Below are positions 59,384 to 64,000 of a stretch of DNA of 64,000 nt, piece by piece. The stretch comes from Spirochaetia bacterium (GTDB lineage Bacteria > Spirochaetota > Spirochaetia > DSM-27196 > Salinispiraceae), in contig JBBRCZ010000001.1 in assembly GCA_038204425.1 (NCBI GenBank), positions 96,001 through 160,000 of the forward strand, read 5' to 3'. Positions within the stretch are counted from its first letter, which is position 1, and every line of letters begins with the position of its first letter. The notes below the pieces were generated by a model. It was not told the DNA's origin. It saw only the letters and a list, made by a program, of their open reading frames with translations, and did no database searches. The position numbers and the translations under genes are program-made.

Positions 59384-59692
59384 ATGGCATCGTGTTATCA
59401 TTGTGGGACCTTGATTCTGACCTTAAGTTTGATCGGACGAACAAGTGAATGTGAAAAATGTCACGCCGATTTGAGGGTTTGCAAGAACTGCGCATGGTAC
59501 GCGCCAGGGCAACACTGGGACTGCCACGAGAATATTCCCGAAGCAGTAACTGACAAACAACGTGGCAATTTTTGTGACTACTTCCGCCTCAATGACAATA
59601 GTCCAAATGGTGGCACAAACAAGACTTCTCAAGGCGAGCAGATTGCTCGATCCCGTTTTAAGGCACTTTTTGATGATACTCCTGGGGAATAA
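59384..59692 (+). CDS. Small Cys-rich (putative zinc/Fe-binding) hypothetical protein
   Basis: CYHC, CEKC..DL.VCKNC, C.E and NFCDYF motifs. Confidence 0.75.
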   Translation: MASCYHCGTLILTLSLIGRTSECEKCHADLRVCKNCAWYAPGQHWDCHENIPEAVTDKQRGNFCDYFRLNDNSPNGGTNKTSQGEQIARSRFKALFDDTPGE

Positions 59693-59700
59693 TTGAAAAC

Positions 59701-60510
59701 GTGATGCAGGAAATTGCTTTTGTGGATTCAGGTATTGGGGGACTACCTTATTTGTCAGCGCTACGGGAGAAGCTTCCGCAGGCTCCAATTATCTATGTTG
59801 CTGACAATAAGAATTTCCCCTACGGCAGCAAAGACGAAACCCAAATACGCAAAGGCATGCTTGAGCTGGTTGCATCGATCCTTAAGCGCTATAATCCAAG
59901 TTTGTTGGTTGTTGCCTGCAACACAGCTTCGGTCGTTGCACTCGAAACACTTCGTTCAAATTTCTCGGTACCCTTTGTCGGCATTGTACCGGCGGTTAAG
60001 CCTGCGGCTATAGCCAGTAAGACGCGCAGTATTGGTGTGCTTGCCACAGAACGCACCATCAAAGGTGACTATCTCGAAGCATTGATTACCAAGTACGCAA
60101 ATGATTGCCGCGTCACCAAAGTCGCTGCCAGCGAACTGATAAGCCTCATAGAAAAGGATCCTTTTATCGAAGACCCATTGGCCTTTAAGAGGCTTTTTGA
60201 AGAGGCGCGAGTTAGTTTTGAGCGCCAAAGTGTTGATACGGTTGTGCTTGGTTGTACGCACTTCCTGCACGTTGCAAAAGAGTTTGAGCAGTATTTTGCC
60301 AATCGATTTACCATTATGGATTCACGCGATGGTGTGGTCAACCAAACGCTCAGAATAATCGAAAGTCTTGGCCTTATGCAGGGTTATGAAAGTATTCTTG
60401 AGAGTGATCATACTGCTAAGCAGTTGTTTCTGAGCAAAGAAGTAGTCAATTCATCGCTTTATCAAAGAGTGGCATCGCGTTATGGTTTGAGTTTTGGAGG
60501 AATAATCTGA
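59701..60510 (+). CDS. murI: Glutamate racemase
   Basis: DSGIGG, PYG, ACNTAS and LGCTHF motifs. Confidence 0.95.
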   Translation: MMQEIAFVDSGIGGLPYLSALREKLPQAPIIYVADNKNFPYGSKDETQIRKGMLELVASILKRYNPSLLVVACNTASVVALETLRSNFSVPFVGIVPAVKPAAIASKTRSIGVLATERTIKGDYLEALITKYANDCRVTKVAASELISLIEKDPFIEDPLAFKRLFEEARVSFERQSVDTVVLGCTHFLHVAKEFEQYFANRFTIMDSRDGVVNQTLRIIESLGLMQGYESILESDHTAKQLFLSKEVVNSSLYQRVASRYGLSFGGII

Positions 60511-60521
60511 GCAATTCGGAT

Positions 60522-61436
60522 TTGGTTGAAGGACAGGTTCTGTGGGGAAGTCAGAACATATACGCGGTTCAAGTACCCACTATTGGTAATGGTCCGATTG
60601 TCGAGTGTCGGATAAAGGGCAAAAAGCTCTTTTTGAACGAAGAAGCCTACAATCCATTGGCGCCGGGCGACTGGGTGCAGATTGAGCTCGATACTGCGAG
60701 CAAACAAGGAATGATTGTAGACAGATTAAAACGAAGCAATGCCCTAGAGCGCTGGAATCGTAAGCGCGAGGCAAGTCAGACCCTAGTTGCCAACATTGAT
60801 CTCTTAATAATTGTTGCTTGTGTCACGTCGCCGCCTTTTAGACCGCGATTTGTTGACCGATGCTTGGCTCTAGCCGAGTATTCGCACTTAAAGCCTTTGA
60901 TTGTTATAAACAAAGCAGATCTGGGGGTCAGCGATGAAGATGAGGCAAGAATTCTCAACTACGCTAAAATGGGCTATGAAGTGTTACTAGCTTCGGTAAT
61001 ACAAGACGAAGGTATCAAAGAACTAAAAGAACGAATTGCAGGATTGCTTGTTGCGTTTATTGGTCAGTCGGGAGTCGGAAAGTCGAGTTTGTTATTGGCA
61101 CTTGATCCAGAAATAAAGACAAAAGTTGGCATAGTAAATAAAAAGTATCAAAGGGGAATCCATACCACCACGCTGGCACGCTGTTGGCCGGTTGACTTCG
61201 CTCGTGGCATAATTGACACCCCGGGCATTCGGCAATTAGAGATTCCACACTTTGAACCGCAAAATTTAGCCTTGATGTTTATTGATATTGCCCCGCATGC
61301 AAAGAATTGCCAGCTATACAATTGTCAGCATCGAGACGAACCAGAATGTGCTGTAGTCAAGGCAGTTGAAGACGGCTTGATCTTCGCTGATCGCTATCAG
61401 GCCTATCGACGAATAATCGATGCCGAGGAAGATTGA
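60522..61436 (+). CDS. rsgA: Ribosome small subunit-dependent GTPase A
   Basis: NKAD, GQSGVGKSS, G.HTTT, DTPG and C-terminal C....C.H..EP.C. Confidence 0.95.
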   Translation: MVEGQVLWGSQNIYAVQVPTIGNGPIVECRIKGKKLFLNEEAYNPLAPGDWVQIELDTASKQGMIVDRLKRSNALERWNRKREASQTLVANIDLLIIVACVTSPPFRPRFVDRCLALAEYSHLKPLIVINKADLGVSDEDEARILNYAKMGYEVLLASVIQDEGIKELKERIAGLLVAFIGQSGVGKSSLLLALDPEIKTKVGIVNKKYQRGIHTTTLARCWPVDFARGIIDTPGIRQLEIPHFEPQNLALMFIDIAPHAKNCQLYNCQHRDEPECAVVKAVEDGLIFADRYQAYRRIIDAEED

Positions 61437-61439
61437 GCG

Positions 61440-63863
61440 ATGGACCAGCATGCCAAGTTTGTGCTCGAGTTTGATCAAATTATTAGCAGACTGAGGCAGC
61501 ATTGCCTCTGCGAGACTAGCTCTCTTGCATTGGAATCGGATTTTGTGTTGTCTTCAACGGGATTTGATGTGCTCAGAGACCAGCTTCCTCACTTCAGTCG
61601 ACTTGTCTATACACTTTTAAAACACCTGCAATGTCAAGAATTGCGACCGCACGCTTCTATTGTTGACATTAAAGAATGTCTGTTGATGCTTTTTAAAGAC
61701 GGAGCCGTGCTCGAACTGGAGCAACTAGCCGATCTTTTGAGTTTTATTTCTGGCTTTGAATCAATTAAACTTTTTTTGCAAAACCTTCCCGCGGCCAGCG
61801 AGGACCGAAGTTTCGTCGGATTTGAGCAAGAAATTGAATTTCTGCTCGATTTTTTGCGTGACCTGCCTGATTTGAGGGAACTCTCTCGATTTATGCGACG
61901 GTACATTGACGAACAGGGTTTTCTGAAGGAAGACCAGATTCCAGAACTTAAGGCCGCAAGGTTACACATTATTTCTCGCAAGGCAGAACTTACCAAGGGA
62001 GCGCAGAGTATAATCTCGCAAAACCAAACGATCATTTCTGGTGATTTTGCAACTACGCGAGACGGTCGTATGGTAATTCCGCTTAAGGCTGATTTTAAAG
62101 GTCGGCTTCCAGGCTTGGTCCATCAAAGTTCTAGTAGCGGAGCCACCCTCTATTTGGAGCCCTTTGAGATGGTTGAGAAAAACAACGCAGTGTCACAGGC
62201 CGAAAACGAGTATCAACAAGAAGTGCTCAGGATAGTGCGCATGATTTCTGCTCGTTGTGTAGCTGATAAAGTCGCCTTACAAAGTGCGCACCATGCTGTT
62301 CAAACATTTGACAATTATTTTTGCAGAGCATCATTTGCCCGTGACTATCAGGGATCGTTGATCGGCATAGGCCAGCACGTCTGCTTGCTGGAAGCGCGAC
62401 ACCCATTGCTTGGCAAAAAGGCCGTGCCAATTGACTTGGTTTTTCCAAGCGACAAGCGACTTTTGGTGGTCTCTGGACCAAATACCGGCGGAAAAACCGT
62501 CGCATTAAAAAGCCTTGGGCTGTTCTGTTTAATGAATCAAGCTGGTTTGCTCCTGCCTTGTAGCCAAGAATCGAGCATTCCTATCTTTGACAACGTGTTT
62601 GCCGATATTGGTGACGAACAATCGATCAGTGCCAGCCTGTCGACTTTTTCGGGCCACTTGGCTCAGATCGCCCATATTATTCGCCAAGCGCAACACGGCA
62701 GTCTAATTCTAATCGACGAGCTTGGTTCTGGTACGGACCCAGATGAAGGAGCAGCTCTTGCAATGGCAGTAGTTGAAAGGCTTTTGGACACTAAGCCAAC
62801 AATGATGGTCACCAGTCATCATTCGGCCATCAAGGCGCTCGCTATGAGCAATCCAATGGCGAGCAACGCAAGCATGGCGTTCTCTGAAACTGAACACAAA
62901 CCAACCTATCGCGTCATTGCTGGACTGCCCGGCCAAAGCCATGCCTTGGATATTGCTCAGAATCTTGGCTTTGAAACCACGGTTATTGCGCGTGCGCGAG
63001 ATCTATATGGAAAAAAAGAATCGGCACTTGATCAATTAATGTCATCAATGCAAGAACAAGTCGCGGCGGCTAGAGAGTTGCATATTCGCAATCAAGACCG
63101 AGCTGCCGAGCTACGTTTAGGCATTGAAGCTAGCCAACGAAAAGAAAAAGAACTGCAGCAAAGAGACTTAGAACTACAAACTTTACAGCAGCACCAAGCT
63201 GGCGAGTTTCTCAAACAATCAAGAAGCAGTGTAGAAAAGTTGTTACGTGAGCTTTCTGATCTCAAGTCATCTCTGCTAAGTGAGCAGCATAGGCAGGAAG
63301 TTGAAGAGCAGTCAAAAAAGATTCGCCAAGAGTTATTGCAATTGTCAAATATAGAAGAACACAAACGTCAAGAATTAGAACTCAAAAGAACACTGCAAAG
63401 ATCCAACCTTGCTAGAGTGCCAACACTTGGTGATACCGTAGTACTCTTGACTGGCGGACCACAGGGAACACTTGAACGCCTCAACAAAGACGGATCCTGG
63501 CAAGCTAGCTTTAAGGGCAAGTTAATGAAGCTCTCACTGGGAACGTTTGAACTAGTGCATGAACAAGCAAGTAAAACCAAACCTAAGATAAGCTTTAGTT
63601 ACGATCAATCTATGCCCGCACAGCTCCAGATTGATGTGAGAGGCATGCGTATGGGAGAGGCCAACGACCACGTAATAAAACAATTGGATGCCGCGCATGT
63701 TCAAGGAACTGAGTTCTTTTATATTATCCACGGCAAGGGGGAGGGTATCCTTCAGACTTCAATTCGGGCTATCTTAAGTCAGTCAGCGCTGGTCCAAAAA
63801 TTGGAGTTTGCTCTGCCACAGGATGGTGGCACCGGTAAGACGATTGTGTACTTAAAGAGGTAG
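61440..63863 (+). CDS. mutS2: MutS2 (endonuclease / ribosome-collision factor) with Smr domain
   Basis: SGATLYLEP, GPNTGGKT, IGDEQSI..SLSTFS, DELGSGTD and C-terminal IDVRG...IIHGKG. Confidence 0.93.
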   Translation: MDQHAKFVLEFDQIISRLRQHCLCETSSLALESDFVLSSTGFDVLRDQLPHFSRLVYTLLKHLQCQELRPHASIVDIKECLLMLFKDGAVLELEQLADLLSFISGFESIKLFLQNLPAASEDRSFVGFEQEIEFLLDFLRDLPDLRELSRFMRRYIDEQGFLKEDQIPELKAARLHIISRKAELTKGAQSIISQNQTIISGDFATTRDGRMVIPLKADFKGRLPGLVHQSSSSGATLYLEPFEMVEKNNAVSQAENEYQQEVLRIVRMISARCVADKVALQSAHHAVQTFDNYFCRASFARDYQGSLIGIGQHVCLLEARHPLLGKKAVPIDLVFPSDKRLLVVSGPNTGGKTVALKSLGLFCLMNQAGLLLPCSQESSIPIFDNVFADIGDEQSISASLSTFSGHLAQIAHIIRQAQHGSLILIDELGSGTDPDEGAALAMAVVERLLDTKPTMMVTSHHSAIKALAMSNPMASNASMAFSETEHKPTYRVIAGLPGQSHALDIAQNLGFETTVIARARDLYGKKESALDQLMSSMQEQVAAARELHIRNQDRAAELRLGIEASQRKEKELQQRDLELQTLQQHQAGEFLKQSRSSVEKLLRELSDLKSSLLSEQHRQEVEEQSKKIRQELLQLSNIEEHKRQELELKRTLQRSNLARVPTLGDTVVLLTGGPQGTLERLNKDGSWQASFKGKLMKLSLGTFELVHEQASKTKPKISFSYDQSMPAQLQIDVRGMRMGEANDHVIKQLDAAHVQGTEFFYIIHGKGEGILQTSIRAILSQSALVQKLEFALPQDGGTGKTIVYLKR

Positions 63864-63865
63864 CT

Positions 63866-64000
63866 ATGAAAACGAGAGTCAATTTACGCCCATTTCCCGG
63901 ACTTTGGTCTTTAATTTGTTTGATAGTCGGGTTGGTCACTCTGCTCACATCTTGTTTCCAAGTTCAAATGGACCTAGTATTTTTTAAGAACATGGATGGT
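63866..64000 (+). CDS. Putative lipoprotein (N-terminal part; runs off the window edge)
   Basis: MKTRVNLRPFPGLWSLICLIVGLVTLLTSC: hydrophobic stretch and lipobox LTSC; GAGG SD. Confidence 0.55.
   Translation, partial: MKTRVNLRPFPGLWSLICLIVGLVTLLTSCFQVQMDLVFFKNMDG

Noticed and set aside
1..64000. CRISPR arrays, transposases, integrases, prophage or defence genes, tRNA/rRNA
   Set aside because: I saw no repeat-spacer periodicity or recognisable motifs; nearly all the sequence is explained by housekeeping CDSs.

Overview
A gene-dense, mostly housekeeping chromosomal segment, very probably from a Spirochaetales bacterium. Supporting markers are a P83/100-family protein, a fused PyrB-PyrI, a FlgD-Ig/OmpA protein with an 'LFAGG' signal, and the gene order rpsB-tsf-frr-uppS-cdsA-rseP. 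Core blocks: rex, rRNA methyltransferases, pyrBI, PBP1A, leuA/valS, metY, clpB, pyk, rpsF-ssb-rpsR-rplI-dnaB, rpsB..rseP, ilvBN, pdxST/yggS and murI-rsgA-mutS2. I saw no mobile element, CRISPR array, tRNA or rRNA. The most notable observations: (1) a candidate sigma28-driven small RNA with a CCCCUCCC anti-Shine-Dalgarno loop and its own terminator (9768-9857, minus); (2) a double-DUF1538 membrane protein coupled to a protein with three tandem PII-like domains, upstream of pyk and a NifA-like GAF activator; (3) a Leu-codon leader-peptide attenuator upstream of leuA; (4) a crtI-crtB-crtE carotenoid operon, with dxr missing from its usual locus; (5) several apparently leaderless genes; and (6) an A8G9 tract at the clpB ribosome-binding site. 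All product calls come from motif recognition by eye; no searches were run.
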